A stretch of 64,000 nucleotides of DNA, from the NCBI GenBank assembly GCA_002269645.1, contig NIVC01001207.1, positions 209,541-273,540 of the forward strand, read 5' to 3'. The notes beneath the pieces were generated by a model that was given only the letters and a program-made list of their open reading frames with translations, had not been told where the DNA came from and did no database searches. Origin of the DNA: Macrostomum lignano. Its lineage: Eukaryota. The translations under genes and the position numbers were made by a program. Positions 49,204 to 62,551 of the stretch are shown here, one piece after another; positions within the stretch are counted from its first letter, which is position 1; every line of letters begins with the position of its first letter.

Positions 49204-49318
49204 CGCGTCCTCCTTCGGGCCCGGCCGGCTGCACACGGGGTTGCCCTCTAACGACAGCTGCCTGAGCTGCGAGCACATCGACAGGTACATCACATTGTGA
49301 ATGTCGTCTATCAGGTTA
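49204..49318 (-). CDS. LRRC56: LRRC56 coding exon 4 (NLIDDIHNVMYLSMCSQLRQLSLEGNPVC)
   Basis: LRR motif; acceptor TTCCAG|, donor |GTGAGT. Confidence 0.9.
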
Positions 49319-49384
49319 CTGGAATGTGAGGGTTGTTTTTCTAGAAATCATATTTTCATATTAGGGTGGTCTGATCTGAATTTT

Positions 49385-49565
49385 TGTACGGCTTTGTGGT
49401 AAACGCGTCTGACTTTAGCGCCACGACCCCTGGTTCGATTCCGTGCCCAAACGCATTCGTTTGGGGCTTGTGCACAAAAATTGGCCTGGGGGATGTCGTG
49501 CGATTCGACAGTCATGAGGGCCAACCCCGTCCCCAAGGCACACATAGTGTACATGCCTGACGACG
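49385..49565 (+). mobile_element. tRNA-derived SINE, 3'-truncated, related to family A
   Basis: A/B-box-like head (TGGTAAACGCG…GGTTCGATTCC). Shares GGCCAACCCC…CCAAGGCACA…AGTGTACATGCCTGACGA with family A. Confidence 0.6.
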
Positions 49566-49644
49566 TCTGACTCGCAAATGTCTGACAGAAAAATGTCTGA
49601 CTGGCAAATGTCTGACTGGCAAATGTCTAACTGGCAAACCTCAC

Positions 49645-49973
49645 CCTTCTAAGTCGAGTATCTCCAAATGCTCAAGCATCCCGCATGGAGACACGTCAAC
49701 AATCTCGTTATAGCTGAGGTACAGCTCTCTGAGCCGAGCCATACTGGCTATACCGTCCAGATTCTCCAGGCAGCACTGCGGCATCCATAGGACGCTAAGG
49801 TTGAACAGGCAGGAGCCGAGGTCCCGCACCGACGGGATGATGCTGTTGGACAGCTTGAGCTGACGCAGGTTGGGCAGGTGGACTCCGAAATTGCCCAGGC
49901 TGGCCTCGCCAGTGTCCACCTGCATCTCCAGCTGCGTTACCTTCTCCAAGTCCTCAACTCCGGTCAGGGCGCG
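49645..49973 (-). CDS. LRRC56: LRRC56 coding exon 3 (SLGNFGVHLPNLRQLKL…LEILDLEG)
   Basis: Closely matches my recollection of human LRRC56 (SLGNFGVHLPNL, RDLG, LDLEGN). Confidence 0.93.
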
Positions 49974-50061
49974 CTTTCAAAGAGAGGGAGGTGAAAGTAA
50001 AAGTACACAGCGTACTATATTTATGTTTCATTTCACTAAAGGGGCTGCCTAGCATCCCCTT

Positions 50062-50372
50062 TGGCGCACTTTAAGCGACATTGTCACACAACCGGCGAGA
50101 GGCATTGCTGCCCATTCCGCCGACTCCCCTGAGCAGGCACACAAGCGCGCGGATACGTACGCAGTCATACGCACAGGCACACACTCACACAGGAGTGTAC
50201 AGCGGCCCTAACTTTATTTATCGTTAGGCATGTACACTTCACTGTGCCTTGGGGGTTGGTCCTCAAGGGCGTTAATTGCCCGAGCAGAGCCAAGCCGAGA
50301 TTCCAATTTAGCCTAAAATTATTTTGACTGCACTTGGAATCGAGCCTGGGCCGCTGGCACATCAGAGCGCCG
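50062..50372 (-). mobile_element. Family A SINE copy lacking the A-box end
   Basis: Near-identical to 1935-2236. Confidence 0.85.
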
Positions 50373-50384
50373 CGTTACAGGCAG

Positions 50385-50632
50385 GCAGGGGGTTGTCGAG
50401 CGATTCACAGCGGTGAGGACCAGCTCCCAGGGCACAGAGAGTGTACATGCCTGACGATTAGAAGGTCAGGGCCGCTGTACACCCTGCGTGAGCGAGTGCA
50501 TGAGTGCGTGCGTGCGTACAGTATTGGCGAGCTTGTGTGCTCAGGAGTCAGCGGGATGGACTAATGGGCGAGTTAAAAATCGCCTCGGAGACGATGTCGC
50601 CGAAGGCGTAGCACCAGGGTGCCTAGACATCA
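50385..50632 (+). mobile_element. Diverged family A SINE body, opposite orientation to the adjacent copy
   Basis: CCCAGGGCACAG…GTGTACATGCCTGACGA…GGGCCGCTGTACAC…GCTCAGG matches the reverse complement of 50062-50255. Confidence 0.7.
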
Positions 50633-50729
50633 ACACGCCAGCTAGCTTGGTTCACCGTCATCATTCAGAGATTGGTAAATGATAAAATACTGATCATGAA
50701 TAAATTGAATTGCAGCAAAATAGACTCAC

Positions 50730-50844
50730 CAGACGGCGCGGGCTGAGAAAGTCATCCAGCAGGACGCTTTCGTCAATTTTCATCGGCTCCGGGTTAACCA
50801 CAGAGTCACTGATTTTTGAGATCTTCACGATCTTACCAAAAGAG
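50730..50844 (-). CDS. LRRC56: LRRC56 coding exon 2 (…LLDDFLSPRRL)
   Basis: LSP motif preceding the first LRR; canonical splice sites. Confidence 0.85.
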
Positions 50845-50934
50845 CTAAAATGGGTAGAGTAGGTACTGTACTTTTTTAACACTTTAGATGAATTCTTTTA
50901 GAAACAAATATAAACACAGATTATAAATGCTTAC

Positions 50935-51004
50935 TTGGTCTCTTCAGTTTCCATCATGTTCTGGGCTGGACTGTTTGGCTTCACCAAATTTATTGGAAGA
51001 AAGC
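50935..51004 (-). CDS. LRRC56: LRRC56 first visible exon (candidate ATG at 50957)
   Basis: Acceptor TTCCAG|, donor |GTAAGC, phase 2. The start codon may lie in a further upstream exon. Confidence 0.6.
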
Positions 51005-52429
51005 CTGGAAAGAAAAAACACAAATAAAAATTTAAAAAATGGTGATGGACTAGTAAGTAATAAAAATCAATAGCTTTGTAAATCAAAAATTGACACTTGA
51101 CATATGCACTGAAAACAACCTTTATTGTTTCAATAATACAATTTTATGTGATTCCATGTGGCACTACCTAATCATACAAACTTAGCCTTAGAAAAACTAA
51201 GGCAAAATATGTTGTAAAGGCTTATGACAATAATTTTTGCAAATCTTTGACTCAAGATTATGACAAATATATATTAAGACATTTTTAATTTACAAACAAA
51301 ACAGTGATAACTAAACATTCAATATTTTTCTAATGAAATACAACTATAAAATAATGAAAAGTAAAAATGAGCCAAGGAAAAAATTATAGACAGAATACCC
51401 TGTTTGTGTCATTTGCCCTTTGGCAACAAGGGAGAGAGAGAGAGAGGAATAACAAGATTGAACTGGACACACAGAGAAAGAAAACACAATAAATAGAGCC
51501 CAGTGAAAGCGAAACACAAAAATGACTAAGAAAGTTTCAACATTTTCATACATCTATAAATATATGAATACCAATTGAAATTTGAATTAAAATTAAGCAG
51601 AATCAAATTAAAAAGTGAATTAAAAAATTTCATCATATTTTAATGATTGACAAAATGATAGAAAAAGTATAAGATATAGTTTTGTTAAATTTTAAATGAA
51701 TAAATTGTTGTAATGATAAACTGAATTATATATTTTTTCTTTGTTTCTTTATTTTTAATTGTTGATGGCTAGTATAGTTTAGAAATAAACAAATATATTG
51801 TCAATTGAATATAATGAATGAGATGTGAAGTGATAAATTGATAGAAAGAATGAATGAGACTAGAGACTAACAAGAAAGAATGGAACTTAGTAAATTTGCA
51901 AGAGAGATTAGCAAGATAGACTGCTGACACTAACTCCAAAGACAAGACTGATAGCATTTCCAATAGAAATGTGAATATGTCACTAGCACCAACTCCAATG
52001 ACAAAAGTGACAGCCCAAGTAGAGAGACAATTATTCTATGCATACCTCTGAAGATAAGACCAACAACCTAAGTTGGGAACAAATATGTTGACAGTACTTA
52101 ACTACAAAGACAAGACTGATAGTCTGAGTTAAAAGAGACATCTAGCAAAAAACTAAGAAGCTGATATACAAAACAATAAGAGCTGAGAAAAGGCTAGCAA
52201 ATGGATGATAATAGACTAGTAAACAAGGTAATGAGAGGCTAGCAGACAAGGCTATGAGAGGCCAGCATATAAGACAATGGGCAACAATAATAAAATGATG
52301 AAATAATGATGAGATAACATATTTGACAATGGCAAACAAAGCCAGCTAGCTGAGTTATCACTTATAAACTATATCTTATTGGGTTTGTTTTTAGATTTGG
52401 TGCCATATAAAGAAAATAATAAGATAACT

Positions 52430-52725
52430 AGATATAAATTTGAGTTTATATTCCAGCAGCCAATTAGAAAACAGGAAGGGAGAGAAAGGGAATAATATGT
52501 GACGTTGCTAGTATAAGTGGTCTCGCAAAAGGGCCGTTGGACTGTAGTTTCCTTTGCAATTTCTCACTTAAATTTCTCCAATAGTTTATTTCAACGTTTA
52601 CTTGTAGTAGCGTGCAACTAATCTGTATCAATTGCTAATTCACTGTGTATTTGGTAAACCTTGCGTTCGTCTATAAAATCTAGCATGATCGATAATTTCA
52701 AGTTCTCCTGCCAGCCAATGAAAAC
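52430..52725. promoter_or_regulatory. Candidate promoter between divergent LRRC56 and PGC-1-like genes
   Basis: Two CCAAT boxes (about 52461 and 52715) and a GTGACGT CRE-like site at about 52499, in a locally less AT-rich patch. Weak evidence. Confidence 0.2.
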
Positions 52726-55700
52726 TCTCCATGTTTTATGCTAACCCTTCTGTGCCCCTTTATTAACCCCCGCCTGGCGGCAGCCTGGGGGATCTTCGCT
52801 TGCAGCCCTTGTGTTTTCATCTCGTTTTCCTTCTCTTGCCTGGCTGCCTTGAGCCTCCTTATCTCTCGCCATGGCTCCTTTGTCTGGGCCCGCCTGTTTA
52901 CACACCGTTACTCCACTGTGTACTGCCATGGCTAATGCCATTCTCGCCACTACTTATCTGCCCATCTACTTGCTACTCACTGCTTCCACTGTGCTCATCG
53001 CCATCACCCACCACATTGCATCACCATTGTATCCTTTGTCTGCTACTCAACTTCATCATTCTAAATTACCTTCAAAACCATTGTTGCAGCCGCCAGTGTC
53101 CCAAAGCGCAATAAGTTTTGTATTGACATTAACCAGTTCTAATATTGATCTTAACAATAAATTAACTATGGCAGTTTCCTGCCCTTATACGCCAAGTGCT
53201 CTGCTACACAATCCATTTTGCAAGAATTGACTTCGATTCATTTTGGGACTACAATGACTTACGACAATTCTCGTCAACTGGCCCTTTTAAGGGTCCTAGC
53301 CACTACGCCAAAAATGTGACAAATAGGATTGAACTAAACAAAGGGAGAAATAGAATAAATAAACAGAGACAAGTAAAGCTGAATCAAAGAAATGACTAAG
53401 AAAGTTGCAATACTTTTCAAACTAAAATGAATCATTATGCCTATATAAGTAAAGAGCTATAAATAACTTAGTCTTAGTGAAAGATAATTATATAATAAAT
53501 TAATAGATAGTAAGAGACTGTCAAGCAAAATATTATTTTATCCTATTTACTATTGCCAGGGCCTATAACCCTATAAGACTTATCTAAAGCCTATATTACA
53601 TTACTACAATCTGTAAATATTTTCAAAAATAGGCCTATTAACCTACTTTATTTCTATTCTAAGGCCCCTAGGCCTAGTCAGTAATTCAATACTAGCAAAA
53701 TAATAAATTTTATTAGTGCCTGACATTAGACTAATAAAAGTATAGCAAGACTAACAAATAGTGGTTATACCTTATAGCAATCAATGAACTATGATGGAGT
53801 TGGGAGAGAAACAATATTGCCTTCTTTGTGGCAAAAAGGTCATCAATTTCTGTTAGGAAAAAAAATATGTATAGCAAATGCCAAAACTTGAAATATTAGC
53901 CAAATATGGTAGAGAAAACATCCTTGGATTTAGTTTAAAATGTAATTACTAAATAGATTTATATAAATAAATAAAAAAAGTAATAATCAATATATATTAA
54001 ATTACAAGCCAATGGGTAAGTTAGTTCAGAATGTACATTGCTAAGATAAGAATTGATTGATTAGGTAATTTGTGTTTTAGGAATTATACATAGTGTAGTT
54101 ACCTTCCCACTGACAACAACATTATAAATGTAAGAAAAATACTACAGTGGCTTGATGTTTCTATCGATAAGATGCTTAAATAATAATACATTCAATTATA
54201 TCATAACTATAAATATCATATAACGCCAACTGGAGCGAAAAGGTTGAATTGAAGTATCTGATCTGATGCTACCGGTCCGCATTTAAAGAAATTATGTCAG
54301 TATTAAAATAATTCAATATCGCTGGTGTCAATAAAGAAATACTTTTTATACACAAATAAAGAAAATTCGGTAAGTCAGCCCTACGTTTTTATAATAGCTT
54401 ACTTTCTTAAAATGAGACTGTGAACAATAAAATGAAAAAGATAGTTCGAAATTTTGTTTAAAAAATAACCTTATTAATGATAAAATATGAAATGACTTCT
54501 CTATATATATGCTCACTGGTGTAGCTAAAATATATGAAGTCATGAATAGCTAAAACAGTTATGCAAACTGAAACAGATATATCAGCAGTGTAATAAATCC
54601 GCTTTTCATTTGTTTTTTCATTTACTGTCTTTTTAATTTCCTATTTAATTAGTATTTAATTAGTTTCCCATCTAATACCTATTTAAATCGTCGTTATTCG
54701 TTAAACGTAAAGTTCTTTCGAAGTATGTTCATGTTCGTTTTTCACGCTTTGAAATATCGCGCGCTTGCAAAATACTACATCTTTTTACAAAAAAAAACGC
54801 TCTTTCAAATACCTTAATAATTGTACAAATATCGTAACTCGCATCGTAACTCGTGTAAAAATTTAACCTTTTGAACAAATTTAACCTTTTGAACTTAATC
54901 GTAATTAAACAACTAATGCTAAAATATCTTAAATACACAGAAATATACTGGCCAAACAGGCTTCTTGCCTGAGCCAACTTACTACTACTAATACTAATGC
55001 TGAGTACGTACGCGCCCACGGAGCTGTGATGAGCTAGCTCCTCGGGCCCCTCAATTGGTCTGGTAACTGTAGGGTCTAAGTCTAAGGTACTCTCATATTT
55101 ATCCGCAAAATTTATCCATTGCTGTCAACTATGGATAGCCGAGGATTAAAAATTCACCCTGTACATTGACAGAAAGAATAAGGAATCTTAACCTGGGAAT
55201 TAGTCTTAAATTTTAAATACTAATAGGCCCTAAGGTCCTAGCCTAATTAATTACAATAATTAATTAGTATACAGTAGGCCTGCACAGCACACAGGCGGAT
55301 ACATTTTAGAGGGCGCCAATATTAGGGATGCTTGTAAGGTTTTTGAATTAAATAAAAGTTAGGCCTATGAATCTTTACAACTCCAAGTCTGATGTACAGT
55401 AGGCCTACACTTTGTGACTTTTCCTGATTTCAAAAAGTTCTGGATCATTAAAATTGGCTCAACAAAGTTAAATGTTATAATTATATAGGCATATAGCATT
55501 AGATATTAAATCCACTTATTTTTGTCCTTGCTTGAATTTAAATGTAGCAAAGTTTTGTTTTAATAAAATTGAACAAACTGTCAAAATACAAAACAAAACA
55601 AAACAAACTTTAGTAAAATTTGGCAAAACAGTTTTGCTTTATAACTTTCTTATTTTTTCCAATTAGGCTTAGGCCCTTATATAATATGTTAGATTAAATA

Positions 55701-56804
55701 TATATATATGTAAGTAAGTCCTTTGTTGATAGCCTTTTTATTGTAGTTTTGAATTGTCTAGTCTAGATATATAACATTTTGGCAACCTAATATTTTGGCA
55801 AATCATAGGTATATAGTGGCACAATGGCCACACCAGTTTTGACACTTCTTAATAGTAATGATATCTAAAGCAGTTCTGCCTACTTGGATTAGAATTCTTG
55901 ATATTTAAGGACATTAGCTAGCACCTAGTCACTGTTAGCTTCAAAGGCATCAACTAATCATTGCTGATTAGTATTTGTCATTTTGTTTCTATGGACTTGC
56001 TCAGCCATATTAAATCATAAGAATAAATTTTCAGTGCAAAATAAAATAGTGACTATTGTCGTATTGAGTAACATAGCCATTTTGAGATATGAGTTGAATA
56101 GATCACAGAAAGCGCTAAGTCCATTGAATGCTACAACATGCCAGCAATAGTAGTCATTAAGTTTTAAAGGTATGAATTATATAATAACTAAATTGATTGC
56201 TAGACTCAATAATGATTTCTACATGTGCAAACAAGATTTAAGATTGCTGCACACAATATTGATTGCACTGTATTGGTTGGTACAATGTGAAGCTAAATTG
56301 GTTTCAAGTAGATAAGGAAAAATTAAAATATAGTAAATCAATAGTGCAGACAAATGTGCAAAACTGTTTGCACTTTTTGCACAATTGATGATGGACAGAA
56401 AAATTCTGCAAACCAGATTGTAGGAATCTAGAAACTGACTATGTATACCATGCTATTGACTGGGAAATGCTATATTAGGCAAAAGACAAGCAACTATTAT
56501 GTGATGTCTATAGTTATATTATTAATTTTAGTGCAAAAAGACAATTACATAATGTTAGAAAATTTGTCCATGGAGAGAAAATACTTTAAATATTTTAGCA
56601 ATGTGCTTTAGCTGATGTTAGAAAAATCATTTTAAAATCTGTTAGAAAAATTTGGAGGCAAATTACAAGTTTTCATCAACTAGGTTACAAATCCAAATAT
56701 TTTAGCAAGTGGTTTTATTTATGATTGCATGCTGTTACCAATTACAAGCTATGCAAAAAATGAATTTCCTTATTTTATTTCTATACTAAATTGACCAATT
56801 TCAG

Positions 56805-56961
56805 ATGAATTTCGATCACCATAGTGGCAGCAGCAGTAGCCACAGCAGTAGTAGTCACGGCAGTCAAGATCTGTTGCCAAATGTATTGTTTGATCAATCA
56901 ACAATTGGTTGTCCAATTAATTTGATTGACAGGCAATGCACTGATGGAATAGTGTCTTGTG
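56805..56961 (+). CDS. PPARGC1: PGC-1/PPRC1-family coactivator exon 1
   Basis: ATG immediately after acceptor TTTCAG|; donor |GTAAGC, phase 1. Confidence 0.6.
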
Positions 56962-57436
56962 GTAAGCAATCAACCTATTCGGGGTTTTTTAATGAGCTTT
57001 TTAGCCAAAAGACTCAGGGCTCAACATTGCACCATTTAGGATAGAAATGTTAGTTAGTCAGTTGTTTACCAGCCAGAATTTGCCTGCCAGAAATTGGCTA
57101 ACTAACGTGTATAGTAAAATCTGAATAGACACTAGTTTAGGAAGCAGTTTAATTTATAAAAAAATAATCGCTAGTTTATAGTATATGCGATAGCTTCTCA
57201 AAATTATTTATAGACAAACTTCTGGTTGGTTAAATTCCCAGACCAGATCCATCTAAGTTAAATGGAGCTAAGAATTCTCCAAAACTAAGATTTTTTTCCA
57301 ATTAAGCACGCTTGAACATCAGCATAAAAATTGAGCACATTTTCTTTACATGAGCCTTCAGCCTGTTTTGATGCATCTCTGTTTTGGCATCAAAGATTTG
57401 CTATGTAATTAAGTTACTCCTTCAATACATTAACAG

Positions 57437-58226
57437 AGATTGATCTTAATCTCTTAGCTGAAAACAACATTTTAGACCTAGACACCATGTGGGATCCCCC
57501 TACGCATCCGGAGCTCTTCCCCGGAGATTTCGTCCTTGACGACGGTCCGACCGAGTCGGCGGTGGATTCGACGCCGCCATCGCTTCAGGCGGAAGATGAA
57601 GCAATGTTTGTTGCAGACTCCCGTCCGGCTTCATCAACGTCTTTGAGCTTCAAAGAGCCGCCGGCAAAGCGGCGCAGGCCTTCCTCAAACAAGCAGCAAC
57701 AACCGCTAACCGCCTCCTCCTCCTCCTCTTCCTCAACGCTTCCTAGCAACTCGCGAAAGAAGAAGAGAACTTCTTCTTCGAGTAAGAATGTTCGCGCCTC
57801 GGCGGGAGCTGCTGGCGCAACAGATCGTGAACGCCTTGCTGGCAATGGCAATCAAGCCTCCGCTGAGTCCAGCTGCACATCTGCTAACGTGTTAGACAAG
57901 GTGCCAAGCTATCTGACTACTCTTAGCACAGGCTCAAAGGTTGTACCGTGCAACGACAAGCCCGTGCTGGTGCACCAGGCCATAGCCAGGTCCAACGGCG
58001 CCAATGATTGCCTGTCCGCGTCCGCAACGCGGGAAGAAGCGCCGGAAGCTGGCACCTGTTCCCGCCTGCCCGGCTATGCCCAGGAGTTCACCAACTCCAC
58101 ACTGTGGGATAGCGGACAGGCGAAACAGCGGCTAGAGGAGGTAGCAGAGAAGGATTGCGCCGAGACGGCCGCCGATGATGAGCAGAATAGCGCTAGCTCA
58201 ATCTTTAAACGGGATTACCCTATTCA
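57437..58226 (+). CDS. PPARGC1: PGC-1/PPRC1-family coactivator exon 2 (acidic EIDLNLL…LDLD segment, S-rich, basic KRRR)
   Basis: Long GC-rich frame; acceptor TAACAG| (alternative at 57475), donor |GTAAGT. Confidence 0.75.
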
Positions 58227-58451
58227 GTAAGTGTGCTTTTGGCTTTGAATATTGTAGCTAGATATAAAATCCTGTCCAAAAGGATTAGTCACGAACGATC
58301 TTTTAGAGATGGCCTAAGAGCACTGAGTTCGGATTTAGTGTGCTTGCATTTTATTAAATCTGTTTTCTATTAATCTATTTATAATTTGATTGCTTCCTAA
58401 TCCTCTAAGATTAAACAAAGCGCCTCTGTAAGCTTGTATCCGCCCTTCCTT

Positions 58452-59312
58452 TTGTGTGTGTATCCACTCCACTGTGGCTTTGGTGTGCTTGTATCCACTC
58501 CACTGTGGCTTTGGTGTGCTTGTATCCACTCCACTGTGGCTTTGGTGTGCTTGTATCCACTCCACTGTGTCTTTGGTGTGCTTGTATCCACTCCACTGTG
58601 TCTTTGGTGTGCTTGTATCCACTCCACTGTGGCTTTGGTGTGCTTGTATCCACTCCACTGTGGCTTTGGTGTGCTTGTATCCACTCCACTGTGGCTTTGG
58701 TGTGCTTGTATCCACTCCACTGTGGCTTTGGTGTGCTTGTATCCACTCCACTGTGGCTTTGGTGTGCTTGTATCCACTCCACTGTGGCTTTGGTGTGCTT
58801 GTATCCACTCCACTGTGGCTTTGGTGTGCTTGTATCCACTCCACTGTGGCTTTGGTGTGCTTGTATCCACTTCACTCTGTCTTTGGTGTGCTTGTATCCA
58901 CTCCACTGTGTTTTTGGTGTGCTTGTATCCACTTCACTCTGTCTTTGGTGTGCTTGTATCTACTCCACTGTGTCTTTGGTGTGCTTGTATCCACTCCACT
59001 GTGTCTTTGGTGTGCTTGTATCCACTCCACTGTGTCTTTGGTGTGCTTGTATCCACTTCACTCTGTCTTTGGTGTGCTTGTATCCACTCCACTGTGTCTT
59101 TGGTGTGCTTGTATCCACTTCACTCTGTCTTTGGTGTGCTTGTATCCACTCCACTGTGTCTTTGGTGTGCTTGTATCCACTTCACTCTGTCTTTGGTGTG
59201 CTTGTATCCACTCCACTGTGTCTTTGGTGTGCTTGTATCCACTCCACTGTGTCTTTGGTGTGCTTGTATCCACTTCACTCTGTCTTTGGTGTGCTTGTAT
59301 CCACTCCACTGT
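58452..59312. repeat. 31-bp intronic minisatellite (GTGCTTGTATCCACTCCACTGTGGCTTTGGT)
   Basis: Direct periodicity. Confidence 0.97.
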
Positions 59313-59444
59313 GCCCCTCTTCATGTTTGTGTCCGGCCCGGTTCCTTTGTTACTTCATCCCTATTAAGCAAATCCGAACTAAACCTAAACCTAAATCTAA
59401 TTCTAAACCTAAATCTATCCCACCTCGTTCTTATCTCCCAACAG

Positions 59445-59662
59445 CGGCGACGAAGAGGAGGTGCAGCAGCGCCGGATTCTATTTATCGGCCACCTGCCAA
59501 AGGAGTGGACTGATCCAGAGAAAGAGTTGCATAATATATTTAAAGGCCGCGGCTTAGGTCCAATTAGAGAGATTTCTGTTAAGACACGATTTCATCGGCA
59601 TTTAGACAGCTACGCGTTCGTGTACTTCCTGCACAGGAGGGACGCCTATGCCGCCTACGACT
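59445..59662 (+). CDS. PPARGC1: PGC-1/PPRC1-family exon 3, RRM (RRILFIGHL…DSYAFVYF…DAYAA)
   Basis: RNP2/RNP1 pattern resembling PGC-1 RRVIYVGKI…DSYGFITY…DAFAA; acceptor CAACAG|, donor |GTGAGC. Confidence 0.85.
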
Positions 59663-59699
59663 GTGAGCTTGTCAATCTGATTTATATCTGCATCTGATT

Positions 59700-61093
59700 C
59701 TCCTCCCATTCCCTCTGAAGGATCGGATCCATTCCGCATAGAATTCCCCCCATTCCCCCAATCCCCCTGAAGGATCTGCTCCATTCCGCATAGAATTCCC
59801 CCCATTCCCCCTGAAGGATCTGCTCCATTCCACATAGAATTCCCCCTATTCCCCCTGAAGGATCTGCTCCATTCCGCATAGAATTCCCCCATTCCACCTG
59901 AGGATCTGCTCCATTCCGCATAGAATTCCCCCTATTCCTCCTGAAGGATCTGTTCCATTCCACATAGAATTCCCCCCATTCCTCCTGAAGGATCTGCTTC
60001 ATTCCGCATAGAATTCCCCCATTCCATCTGAAGGATCTGCTCCATTCCGCATAGAATTCCCCCTATTCCTCCTGAAGGATCTGCTCCATTCCGCATAGAA
60101 TTCCCCCCATTCCACCTGAAGGATCTGCTCCATTCCGCATAGAATTCCCCCTATTCCTCCTGAAGGATCTGCTCCATTCCGCATAGAATTCCCCCTATTC
60201 CTCCTGAAGGATGTGCTCCATTCCACATAGAATTGCCCCCATTCCATCTGAAGGATCTGCTCCATTCCGCATAGAATTCCCCCCATTCCTCCTGAAGGAT
60301 CTGCTCCATTCCACATAGAATTCCCCCCATTCCACCTGAAGGATCTGCTCCATTCCGCATAGAATTCCCCCTATTCCTCCTGAAGGATCTGCTCCATTCC
60401 GCATAAAATTCCCCCCATTCCACCTGAAGGATCTGCTCCATTCCGCATAAAATGCCCCCATTCCACCTGAAGGATCTGCTCCATTCCGCATAGAATTCCC
60501 CCTATTCCTCCTGAAGGATCTGCTCCATTCCGCATAGAATTCCCCCTATTCCACCTAAAGGATCGGCTCCATTCCGAATAGAACTCCCCCTATTCCACCT
60601 GAAGGATTGCTCCATTCCGCATAAAATTCCCCCATTCCACCTGAAGGATCTGCTCCATTCCGCATAGAATTCCCCCTCTTACTCCTGAAGGATCTGCTCC
60701 ATTCCACATAGAATTGCCCCCATTCCACCTGAAGGATCTGCTCCATTCCGCATAAAATTTCCCCCATTCCACCTGAAGGATCTGCTCCATTCCACATAGA
60801 ATTCCCCCCATTCCACCTGAACGATCTGCTCCATTCCGCATAAAATTCCCCCCATTCCACCTGAAGGATCTGCTCCATTCCGCATAAAATTCCCCCATTC
60901 CACCTGAAGGAACTGCTCCATTCCGCATAGAATTCCCCCTATTCCTCCTGAAGGATCTGCTCCATTCCACATAGAATTCCCCCCATTCCACCTGAAGGAT
61001 CTGATCCATTCCGCATAGAATTCCCCCCATTCCCCCTGAAGGATCTGCTCCATTCCGCATAGAATTCCCCCCATTCCCCCTGAAGGATCTGCT
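59700..61093. repeat. 44-bp intronic minisatellite, left part (CTGAAGGATCTGCTCCATTCCGCATAGAATTCCCCCCATTCCAC)
   Basis: Direct periodicity. Confidence 0.97.
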
Positions 61094-62551
61094 CATGGTG
61101 ACCACACCTGCACTATTTTAGTATTTTGCACTATTTTTATTTTTCTGCTCAATTGCACAACTATTTTTGAAATACACTAATAAATGTCACTAACTGCTCA
61201 AAAACTTTGAGAAGTTGGTTCAACGTGAAGCTACGCAACGCAGGTTCAACGTTGAACCTGCTATCAGCCGCTCTTGACCAGGTTTGTAGCGACATGCTGC
61301 TCAGATTTGTTCGTCCTGACGTGGTGGAGGCGGCAACATCACTCTCCAATCTCTTCACTGCTGCAAAGGATCACTCTAACCAGCGAGTCAACGCTGAGCT
61401 GAGGAGCCAACATCAGGACCACTATTGGCCGCCTGCCCAAAATAGATCGAGTGGGCTTTTTAAGGCAGTGCGAGACTTCTATGTTGAGCTCACCAGTCGC
61501 TTCTTTGCCTACCTGCCGTTGGAAAGCAAACTTCTACGAGCTTGCGCTTTGTTGACCCACATCAACTGCTCGATCACCAATTGAATTTGGAAGAGACGGT
61601 CATCCTGATTGCTAAGGCTATGCCGACTGTAATTGAACCCGCTCGTCTAGACGACCTGTGACTGGAGGTCATTAAGTTGCGTTGAATGCTTTGAACGCTA
61701 GAGTCAAAGAACCGGAGAAGTTCTGGGCCGCATTGCCATGTGAGGAATTTCTATGCCTACCGCATAGAAACGCCGACAGTGAGCGGGTCATCAAATGGAT
61801 TGCCAACAATGTCACGAAGCAGCGAAACCAGCTGGCCGATTATACACTGGACTGTCCTTTGTCCATCAAGTCCTGGCTAAAGGGAAAAAGAGCCATCCGA
61901 TTTTTGCACTGACCGCTCGCTGTTGGTCCTCAGTTTTGATGCCTGTGCAAACGCTGAAGCACGTGCCAAGGCAAAGGAGCGTGAAGAAGTAATGAACCGC
62001 CTTCAGAAAAAGCTAAACATGCAGCGTCGGAAGGCCAATGAGCGGGAAAAGAAAAAAAGCAAGAGGACGAACGAAGCTTCTGAACAAAAGGTAATCAACG
62101 AAATGAGAAAACATATCTGGCACAGGAGATGCTCCAAAAGGCGGATTAACGAAATCAACAAACAAGAAGTGAATCGCTGGACGATAATACCAGTAAAAAC
62201 TTAACGTCTATATTAATTTGAGTTAAGACATGATTTGAGATATGATTTGAGACTGAATGATTTGATTTGAATATGATTTGAAATTGGCGCAGTGAAGTGG
62301 GAAGTCTGGAATTTGGAAATACATAAAAATCGTGTCAGTGTCACAGGGTTGTTGTCTAAGTTAAACAAATATATCACTGGATTCAAAAAAGTTTTTTAAA
62401 GGTTTTTGTGACTAGAAATGTAGTTTTTTTCTTTTCTGTTTGTTAATTATTTCACATAAAGCGATTTTTTTCCAAAAAACAATGCCTAATGTTGCTGCTC
62501 AAAAAAAGTTGTCCTGCTCAATTATTTTCAAAATGCGCTGTGGTCACACTG
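61094..62551 (+). mobile_element. Degenerate hAT DNA transposon (Blackjack-like TIR) with transposase remnant
   Basis: TIRs CATGGTGACCACA and CAGTGTGACCACA; 8-bp TSD GATCTGCT (61086-61093, 62552-62559). A broken ORF contains LPHRNADSERVI…VTKQRNQL…TL, resembling the hAT C-terminal dimerisation domain. Confidence 0.85.

Noticed and set aside
50062-50632. Single MITE/foldback transposon
   Set aside because: The arms are unequally diverged. One arm matches a tRNA-headed SINE found alone at 1926-2257, and no TSD is evident. Two opposed SINE copies explain it better.
51410-51430. RFX X-box for the ciliary gene LRRC56 (TTTGCCCTTTGGCAAC)
   Set aside because: The first half-site is mismatched and the spacer is too long. 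It also lies within a dispersed-repeat-like segment.
55020-55045. C/D snoRNA (GTGATGA box C inside a GGAGCT…AGCTCC hairpin)
   Set aside because: No box D (CTGA) at a suitable distance.
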